Shown here: positions 25,591 to 39,136 of the stretch, in pieces
Layout of the letters: each line of letters starts with the position of its first letter
How positions within the stretch are numbered: position 1 is the first letter of the stretch
From: Kudoa neothunni
Lineage: Eukaryota > Animalia > Cnidaria
Direction: 5' to 3'
NCBI GenBank assembly: GCA_964304625.1
Contig: OZ199838.1
Coordinates: 14,937,907-15,001,906 of the forward strand
Length of the DNA: 64,000 nt
Made by a program: the position numbers and the translations under genes
Notes under the pieces: generated by a model
What the model was told of the DNA's origin: nothing
The model's database searches: none
The model's input: only the letters and a program-made list of their open reading frames with translations

Positions 25591-26270
25591 CAATGTTTCC
25601 CACCGGTTAGACGTAGAAAAATGTTGGTGATGCATGGAAATCTTTGAGCGTTTAATGAACGACTCTTGTAGGACGTGGAAAATCCTGACCATTGATGCGA
25701 CATGGAAATCAATACCTCGATGTTTGATCATGTTTACTTATAAGCGAATACGAATATTATAAAAAATACTAAAAGCACTTACTAATTTATATAAAAACAA
25801 ATAAACATTAAACGTGATTTTTACCCAATAGAATCGGAATGATTATAATTCCAATGTTGTCGCATTTATAATCGTAAGTCCTTTTTTTAAAGCCTAATAT
25901 AATATTGATTAATTTTTTATTTATATTATTTATTTTCCGTACATTCATCCTGTATACACAAAATTCTTTCCTAATTAAGGTTGGATTACCACAAGTTTTA
26001 TTTGACGTTGTGTTTGGCGGAATGAAGAACTAATGATGTTAATTTTTAAGGCCCATCGAAAAAATTAAATTTTATGTGGTCGAACATATTTTAATTTTAA
26101 TGAGGAGAGATGTATATATTAATTTCTTTCAAATTTTAATGTGATAAAGAGATTTTTTCAATATTATAAACATTTTAAATTAAAAAATCAACATATCTGA
26201 AAAAGGTGGGGAACACAACTTACTTTCAAGAAAAAGTGGAGCCTGATAGAAAAAAGGTTGGGAAACACTG
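25591..26270. mobile_element. hAT-type MITE abutting the Buster element
   Basis: Termini CAATGTTTCCCACC / GGTTGGGAAACACTG. Right flank GCCTAAAG resembles the target GTCTAATG. Confidence 0.6.
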
Positions 26271-27239
26271 GCCTAAAGTTAAGCACAACATTCTAGTACT
26301 TCTAATGGTTTTGATAATTTCAGAAAAAGAAAATGCTCTTTCCAGAAAAGTGTTAATCAGAATTTGTTAAAATAAAGGGATGCTATATTTTCCAATGAAG
26401 TGAAAACGATTTTGCCGACAATGTTCAAAAAGGCGATTATTGAGAATTTAATTAATCCAACCTTATTTTTGAGCCTGCTCAGTTCCTTTAATTTTATCAC
26501 AACCTTTCGTCTAATTTTTGACTAAAACATAACAGCTATATCTAGATGAGGTTTTATTTTTATATACGATCGTTAATTTATTAAAATTAAGACCAATTAG
26601 TCAAGTCGATAATATTTCGTTGAATTTGAATTTATTTAGGTCTTAAATAAAATTAAACCTTTTTGAAAATTAATAACGAACACTTATAATGATAGCTTAG
26701 CATTGGATATCAACAACATCAGGGTCTTATTTTAAATTCAATCATTCCAGCATATATAAGGTTTGTTGCGATAGTTCCAAAATGGTCTATTGGTCATAAT
26801 TAAACCTTGTCTTATCGTTATTAAAGATGAAAACAATCCGAAATGCGGTCTCAATTAGAGCATATTATTTTTAAATGTGATTATTGTCATAGATTTTTGG
26901 CATGTTATTTTCGGCCTCAATTTCTGTACTATGTGGGTTTTAAGAATTAATTATTATGATGTATCATATTAACTTGCCCATGGTGAACTTCTACTGCGGT
27001 TATTTTAATTTGAAATAAAACATTGTTCCAAGTATAAAATTATCTCTTCAAAGATTTGTTGTAATGAAATCGACTACGATTAATTTCCATATTTTGTGGA
27101 TTTGCAATAACTTCTCATTTTTGAAATATTGTTTTGCGATTATTCAATCTTTCGTGGAATAAAGGTTAAAAGATCGGACAATTTTCACCAGATTTTCCAC
27201 AATTGGACACGTGTCGATAAAAAATTTCGTATTTTAGCT

Positions 27240-28843
27240 TGTTTTTATTTGCGCGAGAGAAACACGGTTCAGCAGTTTTTTAAAATCCTATCCGCTTGCG
27301 CGGATTAATAATGATTAATTCACTACAACACGGTTGGCCACGTTTGCTTGCACCCCACCTAATAATTATCATATGTAATGGTGATCAAGGTACGGTACAG
27401 TACGCGCTTAAAACAAAATAGCAGGTCATCAATTTAGGAAAAAATTGGTACGTGAGATTTAATTTACAACGAAAAGATTCTAGAAATAACTAAATATTAA
27501 AAACCATGATTTTGCGATAATCATACCTAAATTAGAAATCCAACACGATAAGAATCATTCCCATAACATATGTTACAAACGATATATTCAAGAACGAATT
27601 ATTTATTACTGTATTTAAAAAGGTAACACGTCGATGTAATTTGTATAGTTGTTGAGATATTCTTAGATTTGTAAACATAAATGTTTATAACAGAGATGTA
27701 TCAACATTTACCAGTTTAATGTATAAATAGTTTTTTATTTATCTTCTTAACTTTATCGAGTGATAATGCATTCTAACTTCCCTTATTAATCGTCGTTGTT
27801 TGGCAACACGTTTTTGCATAACTAAACATGAGCGCCCTCTCAAAAGCGTACAGTTATTGATGAAGACGATAATTTTAATGGTGCCTGGACTCGAAAATAT
27901 TTCTCCCCACATTAGATAAAAAAAGTGGTGTGTTTGCGTTGTCTTGAATCTGTTGCTGTATTAAAAGAATGTAACTTGAAGTGCCATCAACAAACGAAAC
28001 ATGGGAAATTCAATGAGAAAATCAACGATAACAATAAAGAATAATCGGTCTTAAAATACTTTGTAAGTTAAAAAAACAACCCCAATAAATCAGGAGTTGG
28101 AGCCATAAGATAATATTTTTTATCCATCGATATAATTAATTGGTATTAAAAGAAATAATTTCATGTAACAAATAATAATGTTGTATAATTTGTTGGGGGA
28201 TTTTTACTCGAAAGAATCATTTTACAAAACTTTTAAAAATATTAATCTTACATTGATACCTACAAAAATCACGATTTTTATAATTTCATGTTTTTAGTAA
28301 TATTTTGGAATTGAAATATTTCGTAATAAATTTTCACAAAATTTCCCCTATTCGTTGGTGATTCTCAAGCCACAACAAATTTGATGCAGTTTGAAATATC
28401 ATAAATGCGATTAATATTGATTAACTTAGTTATATTCATATTTATAACTTAGGTCTCATTTTAAAATATATGTAATATTGAGTGTCATGTTTAAAATAAC
28501 TACGAAATAATTCTATCAGAGTTATTGTTTAAATATTTCGTGCGTACTTACTGAGTAATATTAACTTTTCATAATTTCAGTTAAAATTAAAATTCATTAA
28601 ATATAAAGGCCTTTATTTCAATCGTAACTTACAATAGTATGCCAATCACATAATTTTTGTATTGAAAAAATCTATAATTCCTTATTAAATTAATATAATT
28701 AGAAGCGTTTTTAAATTAATTTATATACATACTTTTTGATTGTACAAAAAATGTTAGAAAAGCCACCAATAGGTATTTAAGTTCTCAAAAAAACGCGAAA
28801 TCAACAATGTGGTCCGCAGACCCAAAAGTTGTGCCCATCACTG
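27240..28843 (+). mobile_element. Non-autonomous hAT element (GTF2IRD2/SPIN-like N-terminal relic), inverted relative of 60515-62234; left boundary approximate
   Basis: Right terminus GTGCCCATCACTG. Relic FNGAWTRKYF..VVCLRCLESVAVLKECNLKCHQQTKH. Collinear reverse-complement similarity to 60.5-62.0 kb. Confidence 0.75.
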
Positions 28844-28999
28844 CCTTAAACTAATGTTTTCACATTTTATTAACTAGTATAACTTATATTTAGTAGGATA
28901 TTCGTTAAAAATACAAAAAAACATTAAATAATCAATATAAAATATGCAACCAAACTACAATTTTTTACCGTCGCCCATGCGCATTCATCAAACTTAGTT

Positions 29000-29410
29000 T
29001 AACCGAAATTTCAGTATCCGGTAGGAAAATATTGGGTCCCAACATTATCGGATAAACGGGGTTCGACTGTATTTGAATTTACTGCGTAAATATTCATTCA
29101 TTCTATGTTTTCATCCTATTTGATGATGGAAATCAACATTATTGATTGTTCAAGGAGTGTAAAATATACCTTTGTGCTTTTAGTTTAATATTATGCCAAT
29201 AATGTTGCTGATAAATAAATTCATATAAATAAATCCAGAAACAGAAATCCGCTGTATATTTGGTATGGAATTGTTAAGCTAGATGTATTGTTTACAATAT
29301 ATAAAGTTGAGATAAATTGAATAATTTTAAAGGATATTTCGTCTGGGGTCAAGAGATACCCCAGTCAGGCACATGCGTTTTGGTTCGTAATTTAGTACAG
29401 GGAAGGTTAA
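29000..29410. mobile_element. Orphan transposon ends: Tigger-like right TIR (ends 29069) and piggyBac-like right end (ends 29406, followed by TTAA)
   Basis: GGTTCGACTG|TA matches the end of the 10176-12096 element. GGGGTC..ACCCCA...GGGAAGG|TTAA matches the piggyBac ends. Confidence 0.5.
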
Positions 29411-30371
29411 TTAAATTTATTTCTGTGTTAAGTGTCTGCATGTAAAATAAAGTACTTTAAAAAAAATATTTCGTCGATTTTAAATATTAGCACCGGCATA
29501 TAATGATAATAAAACATATAGTTAGGATGTGCAGATTAAATTTTCATGAAATGACTACGAGCACATTATTTCGAATAATAAAAGTCTTTATGTGTGAGAA
29601 TTCCGGATGAATAATGCTTTCAATGTCTAGATCTGGGTTTTTAAATCGGCGATTGAGCTGAAACGTTTGAAAATACCTTCATGTTTTAATAGTTAATTTT
29701 AATATGAATTGTACTTTCTAAAGATGCTCGTTTCACTTAAATATTTTGTGAATAATTTTATTTAAATATTAAATTATAAAAAATAGAAAAACATATGAAG
29801 TCAAACCACTGTCATAAAATTAAATGAATCAAAGAAATACATGAATAGTTACGTGTATAAAATTTAATGGATAGGAAAATTAACTCTCATCTGTGGCAGA
29901 TTTTCAATTTAAAAAATTTTTTGCCAGTACCAAAGACAAACGAACGAAAGAGTGAGTATTGCCAGATCGGAACACGTGCTGATCATTTCAGGTCTCATGG
30001 TGAGTTAAGTTTTTGCCGTTTTCCATCTTGAAATATGCAATGTTACTCATATAACAACAATATGCGATTTAATTCAATATAATACTTATATTAAATCAAT
30101 ATAACTTGATTCCAAAAGTTAAAATAACATTTTCTATCTTGAGGATATCCAACACAGCATGGTTCCGAGTTTTCCTGTGCCGTCCAAATTAGTCAAAAAA
30201 ATTTTCATAAAATGCTTCCCAATAATTCCAAATGATTTGTAGTCATACAACAGTCATACATCATTGAAATTAATGATAAAAAACCAAAACGTTTATCTCA
30301 GCTCTAATAACATTTTAAAAAATTATTATTTTCATAAATTTTCGTTATATCCTTTTTAACCTGTATATATA

Positions 30372-33300
30372 CAATAGGTGATGGCTCGTGCGCACTACCA
30401 CTCGTGGACACCTGCCATGATTTAATGACCTACAAAATTCTGTTACTAATTAAAGTAATTCGAATAAAAGAATAACAATTATAATAAATTATTAAAACCT
30501 TAGTTTTTGTTTTAATTCGCTGTAAATAAGAATTAACTCAAATTTACGACTCGTGGGCATTAAGCTTAAGTATAAAGTTTCCCAAATGATGAATGATGAT
30601 GGGTCGTGGGCACTTGAAGAGAACTAAGCAGTTTCGTTTTTTGAAAGATAACTTGGATATAATAACATATTATGAAAGAATATCGAACGGGAAAACAGAA
30701 AAACTAAGATCCTCAATTATTTTAACCCAAAATTTCTGTCCTCTTTAAATAAGATTCTGGTTAATGAAGAATCCATTATAAAGGTCCATAATGAAATGAG
30801 AACTACAAACAACCGCATAGAATTAAAAAAATTTATGGTTTCTATGAATGATGCGCTAATTTATTTAAAATGTACAAATTTTTCAGAAAACGAAATTATC
30901 CAATGTTATCTACGGTCATATATCTAGAAACGGCTATTTATGATACAAGAGAGTCAAAGCTGTACAAATAAATAATAACTTTTTCAAATTAAAATTCAAC
31001 TAATACGTATGATATAAGTTTTTAGTTTTATTTTATTAAGTATATTATTTAATTTTATGAAGTTTGTGCATATCATTATATATTAAAATTCTTCAGGTTA
31101 TCAATTTATACACCTACTTCTTTTGAATGTATGAAATAATTAATTTATTGCGCAACATTTTTTTAAGGTTAAATAATTCATAAAGAATGTTTTCCGCGTG
31201 TATCTATGTAAAATTGTCCAAAACTTATGGTGAAAATAAAAAAAGTTTTGATAACCTTGATTATAAAAAAATTGGAGGAGTGAATTGCATTTATTATTAT
31301 TTTTAATTTTTGATGACAAACAGCATCAGTATTTGTCATGTAGTCTATATTAATGATCGTGTAACGTGTCACGTTATCTTTCCTAGTGGAAACCTAACAT
31401 ATATTACAGGGGTTGCCAGACTTGCCCAGATCGGGAGCCAACTTTAAGGTTGCCAAATTTTCAAGAGCCACAAGACATTAAAATCATTTATATACCTCTT
31501 CCTTATTTAAAACTTACATTTTTGGAAAATTTTTGGTAAATATTAAGATCAAATATTTTAGAGTTATAAATAAAGGTTTTTTAATTTTTTTCTCATTCAA
31601 TGAATCGCTGAAAAACTTACATATAATTTTTACAGGTATAATTTATTATGGTTTTTCTAAAAAGGTAAATTTGTAGTTAATGGTCTAAGAAACCTTTTCT
31701 CTGTGAAAAATGTCGCAAAAATGATAAAATATTTTCCATATTTAATCATGTATGGTAGTCTGACAATAAGTAAAATTAAATATTTACAAAAAAAGTAATA
31801 ACACAAGAATTTAATGCTTTTGACAAAATTTTGTTAGAAATTGTTTCTAATGTTTCAAGTTTTTTATGTTTCCATATTATCAGTGAGTTGACGGTAATCT
31901 GGTTCATATTCTGTTAACGCTGGACTAAATAATTCCATCGGGTGTTTGTTTGTTTGTGAGGATGGGACCCGCGATGTTTCGATTTTAAAAATTTCATCGT
32001 TGAATAAATAAACTCACAACAATAAGTTGTTCCAAAGATAGAAAAAAGTTGGAGGCGAATTTCTTTTAACTTTGAATATTTAGTTTCTAGAACGTATTTC
32101 CACAATTCCTTTGGTGAGTTGGAATTATAAATCATGTTTAAAGTTTTAATACGTGTTTTATTCTTTCGATATCTACCACTTTTGAAATGGATAAACATTA
32201 ATTCTAATTTGCATCAAATATAAAAACTATCAAGAAGTTTGTAATCATGTTTTCGAGTCAAAACTATTATCTAGTTTACGATTAAAGAGTTCATTTGTTC
32301 ACTTAATTAAATAGTTACAACTTTGCATTTATCTGAATTAATGCGTTGGTTGAATTAAAAAAAATTAAACTCAACAAAATTTTGTAACAGGAGCCACACC
32401 GTAATTTTCAAAGAGTCAGATGTGGCACGCGAGCCATGGTTTGGCCACCCTGATATATTATGTGTCTGCGCAACCTATACCTTACGCCACGTAAACCGCG
32501 TTATAAAATAATAATTATTCCGTGTGATCTGTATCGATCGTTCTCGTTATATTTTTGACTAAGGGTTTCTCTGAATTTCTAAAACACATAACAGTATTAT
32601 CACAACGTTCTCTAAATTCAGCTAATTATGGGTCGTGCGTAATCAAAAGGGAAATCAAAACCATTGCGCACGAGCCATAATGACGCACCACTTGTAACTT
32701 TGCGCAAGCAAAAGTAAACAAAAAAATTAAAAAATTAGGTTATATTTTGACTTACTAGCATACTAATTTAGTTTAATATTTGAATTAATTTGTAACGGAA
32801 CACGATTTCAAATTTGAAGATTCACAAAAAATGTAGTATGCGAAATGTGAAATCTTTTTATTAAATCATAAACCAACTAAAAAATACAGTTGCCGATTTT
32901 TAAGCATCATGAGGAATTCATTAGCTTTATTAATAAAAACATATTGAGAATTTACTCTTTTTTGCTCTCATCAGTACGATGCACTCTTCCACTTGTAGAG
33001 GATCAAAATTCATATTTTCTCCCTTTGAGAGTTTTTATTACTTTCGAACTAAACAATCGTGGTAATGTTAAAACCACCAGTCTACATAGGTATAATAATA
33101 TTCAAGGCAGATCTTATTTTTACGTCGAAGATCTTCATTGTTTCAAATTTAAAGTTCGATTTATTCGTTACCTTTTGATAATATTTTGTGATTTCAACTT
33201 TTGGAATAAAGTTGGTTTTTTCCATCTGTTTACGCATGTCATAATTTTCATAGTTATGAAAAAAAATCATTACGCACAAAACATAAAATGCATAAAAATA

Positions 33301-33690
33301 TTGATATTTCAATTTTTCTAAAATAAAATCGAGGAAATATGTTATTTTTGTTATAAAATTTACAGAGTAAAAATTGAAGTTTCTATATATTCATCCATTT
33401 ATGTTATATTGCGATATTACGTACGAGCCATAAATCACTGTAGTTTGTTTCGTCAAATTGAAATCAAGGTTCGATTAGATTAAGCACATTTAACCTTTAC
33501 ATCATCATTATACAAAAATTTATTTTTATTTAATATACTTTTGGATATAAATAAATATATAGTAGTAAATAAGGGAGACTAAATTGTAATGGCCTACATT
33601 AAAATTTGGTCTCGTTCGCATGTGCCATGACAGGTCGTGTGCAACTTGGACTCAATTCCCATTTTGATGCCCACAGCCCCTCACCTACTG
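30372..33690. mobile_element. TA-flanked TIR element with no recognisable transposase; hosts a hAT MITE
   Basis: Termini CAATAGGTGATGGCTCGTGCGCA / TGCCCACAGCCCCTCACCTACTG with TA on both sides. An internal TCGTG(C/G)GCA motif recurs. Confidence 0.6.
31407..32452 (-). mobile_element. hAT MITE, copy 1, retaining the transposase C-terminal (dimerisation) fragment
   Basis: TIRs CAGGGGTTGCCA / TTGGCCACCCTG and exact TSD ATATATTA. Fragment LFSIFGTTYCCEFIYSTMKFLKSKHR. Nearly identical to 52541-53517. Confidence 0.9.
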
Positions 33691-35170
33691 TATATTGCTC
33701 AGACGTTAAGAATGAATTTTTAAAAACGTAATTCTATCTCGACTTTGGAAAATTTCTCGAAATGAAATAAGAAAACGATTATATTTCCGTTTTTTGGAAT
33801 ATGCGATAATTTCAAAAAACAACAGTGAAAAAATCTGATGAATTTTTTAAATTCGTCCGAAATCGGGCAACATTGACGCTGTTCCAGGCGGTAATATGTG
33901 AAATTAACATACTAAAAATCCTAATCATGTCATTGATAGAAAAACTTCTTTGGTGTTTTGCAGCAGAGAATATTTACCGAACTTTAAGTATGCTAATTAG
34001 ATGTATACAATAATCAGCCTAACGTTTAGAAAAGTCCGACAATCCTGCGATAATAGATATGTTTTGCGCTGTAATTAAGCCGATTAATTTTCGTTTCATT
34101 AGAATAATTAGACTAACCATAGATCACCTTAATCCTATTTAATTGTTGTGGCAATTAAACAGTTAATTGGTCATGTTTCATGATATTATCTTCTAGACAG
34201 ATACTATTGTAGCACCGCATGATCAACAATATAGTGGTTGAACTATTTTCCCAGTGATTAATACACAGATTACAATTCGATCATAAATATTCCTAAATGC
34301 TATGAATATATGGGATAAGGGAAAATTTCATCTAAGATTAGGTGTACTTCCGCACAGTCGCTTTTATCAATCCTAACAACTCCCATTTACAGCTAATACA
34401 CCAAATTCAATACAACTAAAATTGGTATGACCCGAATATTATGCTCGGTTACAATATATATCTATTTCCTTTCCTATAATTTAGTAAGTTTATTCTAATA
34501 TCAAGGAAAATTTGGGCGGGATTTAATCCTATCATTCATTCATTTCACTCTCATCTCATTTAAAGTCAATTTCACTGCTATAATATAGCACCTCGGCGTA
34601 TTTTCTCTTTCCTGCTCAAATTCTCTACGTCCTCAGCAACGTCCGTTATAAGCAGAATTCAGAATTCACCAATGAAATCGATTAATAATATACATTAATT
34701 TATGGTTCAAATAATCAGCAAATATAGTGTGATATTAGTGTGCTTTTTCAACCATAAGTTTTTATTCAAAAATTTCCCATCCACACAAAAAACTTTCTCA
34801 GGAATTTAATTATCTGTCTTGCAATCAATAAAACTTTGACACATTAGCATTAGCACATGTCGATTTTAAATTCTAAAATGGAACAATTAAAAATGATTAT
34901 CACCCAAATATACTGATGCATTTCATCTTAGTTTTTTTAAATCTAAATTTTAATTATAAAGCGAGAGAAGTTTAAATGTCAATAATTCCACGCTTGTCTA
35001 ACTATTTTTAGATTTTAAATTATATAATCTATTACATCATTTACATCACCTTATGAAACATGAATAATTAAACAACGAAAACTCATCCATTTAAACACAT
35101 AATGCTAAAAACTGCTCAAAATCTCCATGTAACGTATTTTGCCACAATCGGCCGAATTCAACCGAAAACG

Positions 35171-35182
35171 TGCGCATGCGCG
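35171..35182. promoter_or_regulatory. NRF1-type motif TGCGCATGCGCG upstream of SMEK
   Basis: Matches the YGCGCAYGCGCR consensus about 230 bp 5' of the ATG in otherwise AT-rich DNA. Confidence 0.55.
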
Positions 35183-35403
35183 GCCAGATAGCACACTGAA
35201 GTGACCCCATTGCTTTGAATCTGCATTGACTGTGATTTTAAATCTAGCACAGATACACTGAAACCATTTTCACGAAAATTATTAACAAAAACTTGCATAA
35301 CCATCCAGTAAAGACAGTAATCCCCTGATCATATTTAACCGCCCGCCGCAACCGCTTTGTATCCGATCTTAAACTGAATAGAAGCTGATGAATTGTTGGT
35401 GTT

Positions 35404-38400
35404 ATGGCAATGGAAGATAAAGTATCGAACAGTAGTTACTATCAAACAACAGACAGACTTCGAGTGAAAGTGTTTATCTATTTTGCTGATCAGTGGCGAG
35501 AGAAAGGTATTGGATTCTTGGGTGTTACTAAAATCGAAAACGACGAAAAGTCTTTTCAAATTTACGAAGATCACTACAAACAGATTGGAATAAACAATCA
35601 ATCGGTCACTGATAAAAACATTCCAATTTATCCAATATACAAGTTGACTGTACGTTCTCAACACGATATGTACGAACGTCTCATTTCCACCTACATAACC
35701 AACACCACAGATTATCGTGTTCAGGAAGGTAGCATTCTAACTTGGAAAGAAGGTGAACATGAGAAAGCATTAAGTTTTGAATCTGCTGAAGATTGTACAA
35801 ATTTTATGACAATTATCGCAGATATACGCCGAGCGATTGACGATATTGACCAGCAGTTGTTGTTAAGTTCTGATATGCTCATAAATGATGATAATGTTGT
35901 TGGAGATACGACTCAGTCTTCTTCAGATGGTTCATCGACAATTGTATCAACTAGATCTACAAAATCAAGCAAAAATAATGACGTCTACACTCAAAATGAT
36001 AATGATTATAACGGCGATTCGGACGTAAATGGTGTCGTAGACAATGAAAATGAATGGGATTTTGAGATGACCAATACCCAACAACCGAATTTGCCCAACA
36101 ATGATATTCTCAATAAAAATGTTAATTCAAACGATGATGACAATGGAGAAGAGGAAGAAGGTACCGACAACTTACTTAACGATAATTCGTCGATTTGGCA
36201 GGATGATCGATTGCCCACCTTACCCGAGGTGTCTGTTGATAATCTGGACAAATGGATACAATTATTGTCATTTTCTAATTTAAGTATGAGCAATTTGTTG
36301 TTTGGCAATGGTGTCGATAAAACAACAGCTAATACGATGACTGTGGGTAACGCGGGTTCAACTTTTGCTATTGATGATGCCAACCAATTGTATCGTTATA
36401 TCTCAACGAACAATACGTTGAAAGAATTTTTCGATCTATTCAACTATTATGAAACAGAGGAACAGTATGAGTTGGACGTATTGTTCAAGCTGCATCATGT
36501 GTTTCGAGGTTTTATCGCCTCGGATAATTTTGATATATATCGGTTGATGTTTGAAGAATCCACTCCAACCACGTTGATTGTGATTGGTATTTTGGAGTAT
36601 GATCCTACGTTGGAAACGCGCATTCATCATCGAGATTTTCTGAAGAATAAAGCCAAATTTCGGAAATTTTTCCTCTTGGGTGATTCGGTTACCAATGAGT
36701 ATCCTACGTCGCCCACAAAATCCAATTCTTTGATTGATGCTTCTGCATCTTTGTCAAAAGAACGCTCTATCAATGTGTCTGTTGATGTGGATAACATCGA
36801 TGGACCAGTTGCTGCTATTCTAAAAGATAACAACAATATTGCCGAATCCGACACTGATGACACCAAACAAACCACCTTAGAACAAATTTGTGATAAAGCC
36901 ACTCTAATCTACTACATCCAATACATCATCGATCATATCATGCCAACACCGTCGATTTTTGAAGACAAACTCGGTCCAATGACCACCTATCTCAATCATC
37001 ACAAGGCTGATCTATGCAACCTTATCTACGATAACACTGTGTTGTTGAATAATCTTTTTCTATTTCTTACCAATGGTGGCAGTGGCAGTGGCGAAGCTAC
37101 ACAACCACAACAAAATACTGATAACAATATTGTGGATAATGACAACAAAAAATTGGAATTAAACCTACCCACTACCATTTGTGAGGTGTCAAAGCCCACT
37201 CTCGATGATTACATTGATAGTGTGTACTTCTTGCATGAATTCTGTTTGCTATCCAACTCATTGAATCCATCGGACAAAGAATTCTTCTTTCATTGGCTCG
37301 AATCCTACAATTTGCTTGAAGTATTGACGAATTTGATGAAGGAACCCAATGCGAAAGTGCGCTCCAAAGTGGTTGATATTATCGCACTACTTGTGGACAA
37401 TAAAGCGACAGCTGTACGCACTTTCAATTCCACTCAATTGGATAAGGCGGTCGACAATGGCACCGTTAATGCAGCCGGCAATGTGTGTCTAATGGATCAT
37501 CTCATCTCTACGATGATTGAATTTCACGATGATCCCATCTCCCTACATTGTATCAACATTATCAACCTACTTATGGACAGCGATATTGTCAACAACACCG
37601 ATATCAGCTATTTTGAAAAGATGGAACTGTTTTGTAGTCAATTTTTCTCCCATTGTTTCTCCAAGTTTTTAAAGTCGTTCATCGGCGCTATCGACTCGTG
37701 CAACAATGCCAACCCAAACAACGCCATCCTAATGGATAGACTTGTATCGCTGTTGACACGATGGGTCAACAATCATAATGACTATTTAACCACTTTTTTG
37801 GTGAAGGATAATGCGATTGGCTGTATTACACCATTATTGGATTGCGACTATAAATTTGTTGTGTGTGGTGTGGTGAGATTGGTACGTCGATTGCTCGACT
37901 TGAAAGACTATTCGATTAACGAACAACTTCTCAATTGTGGCGTTGTATCAAAAATCACAGACCTATTTGTGAATAGCTGTCTCAACTGTAACAACCTCCT
38001 CAACAATACAATTGTGGAGTTGTTCAATTTCCTGCTTGTGGAAGACCTTGATACGATCTTTATTCCGCTGGTGGAGAAACATCGCGAATCCTTCAACTCT
38101 ATCGACTATATTGACACATTCAAACGCATTGTTGCTCGTCACGATGTCTATATGAATAAGCTGGAAGGTGGGGGAGTGTCATTATCGCTTGACTCTCTGT
38201 GCAATACCACCAACTCTGGTGCTCCTAATAATGGCAATAATAGCAATCTAAGCGGTCGTTACAACACGGCTCGTAAACGTAAGTCCTGCGAATTTGAAAA
38301 CAGTGAAGAACAATGGTTCAACACCGATGATGATACCATTGATAATGTGGATGATCAAACCAATCGTTCTGTTGCTATTGATGATGCGTTAAACATGTTT

Positions 38401-39136
38401 TTGTATGGAGATGAAGATGCGACAGCACATGCGACCAAAAAACAAAAAAATTCACCTGTTAAAGTTGATATTGTGGATGAAATCATGAGTTGTATCAATT
38501 CAGAAACCAACAATGTCGACGATGAGAACCTTTTCGACCTACTAGTAGGAAGTGTATGCAACCGAAAAAAATCCAACAGCAAAAGCAGCAGTGGCTCTAA
38601 TTCAAATTCCGATGTCGATAGTTGTATGATCTCAACTCTTGGTTCAAATGCTGGTGCTAATGATGATGAAGACGACGATGTTCTTGACGCACTCTCTCGT
38701 CCGAAAACCCAATTAACTCCTCAACTACCGTCACAACAAAACAAACGGCCCAATCTCATCAAAATTCACACCAACAAATTCAACTCTCCAAGAAATCTTG
38801 TTATGGCGTCAAATTCAAAGTCCCCATGTGGTGAACAGTCATCTACTCTTAGTGATAATCCATCAGTCCAATCTACAACCCCTGTATGGTCACCTTCTTT
38901 AGAAGAGATTTAAATATTTGGCTTTTTGTTTTTAGGTTTGTGATGGTGATTACGATCAAACAGCTAATGCATCAATGACTCCTCCCGAATGTAATAACAC
39001 AGATGATAGTTTGACCACTGATTTCACCGAAAATAACTTCGATCTTACCAATTGCCTGGTAGAAACAACTTTTGAAGATGATCCTGAGAGAAGTGCATTA
39101 AAAGATGAACAGCCAGATGATAATGACACCACCTGA
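35404..39136 (+). CDS. PPP4R3: Protein phosphatase 4 regulatory subunit 3 (SMEK/Psy2/Falafel); exons 35404-38883 and 38936-39136
   Basis: EVH1 N-terminus (RVKVF..QWREKGIG, ALSFES), IGILEYDP..HRDFL, YIQYIIDHIMPTPSIFED, NLLNNTIVELFNFL, IDYIDTFK and EEQWFN. A 52-nt GT-AG intron adds an open 66-codon acidic exon. Confidence 0.92.

Noticed and set aside
35335-38582. Several minus-strand ORFs within SMEK (and similar ones within WDR75 and the transposases)
   Set aside because: They are antisense shadows of long coding exons with no motifs of their own.
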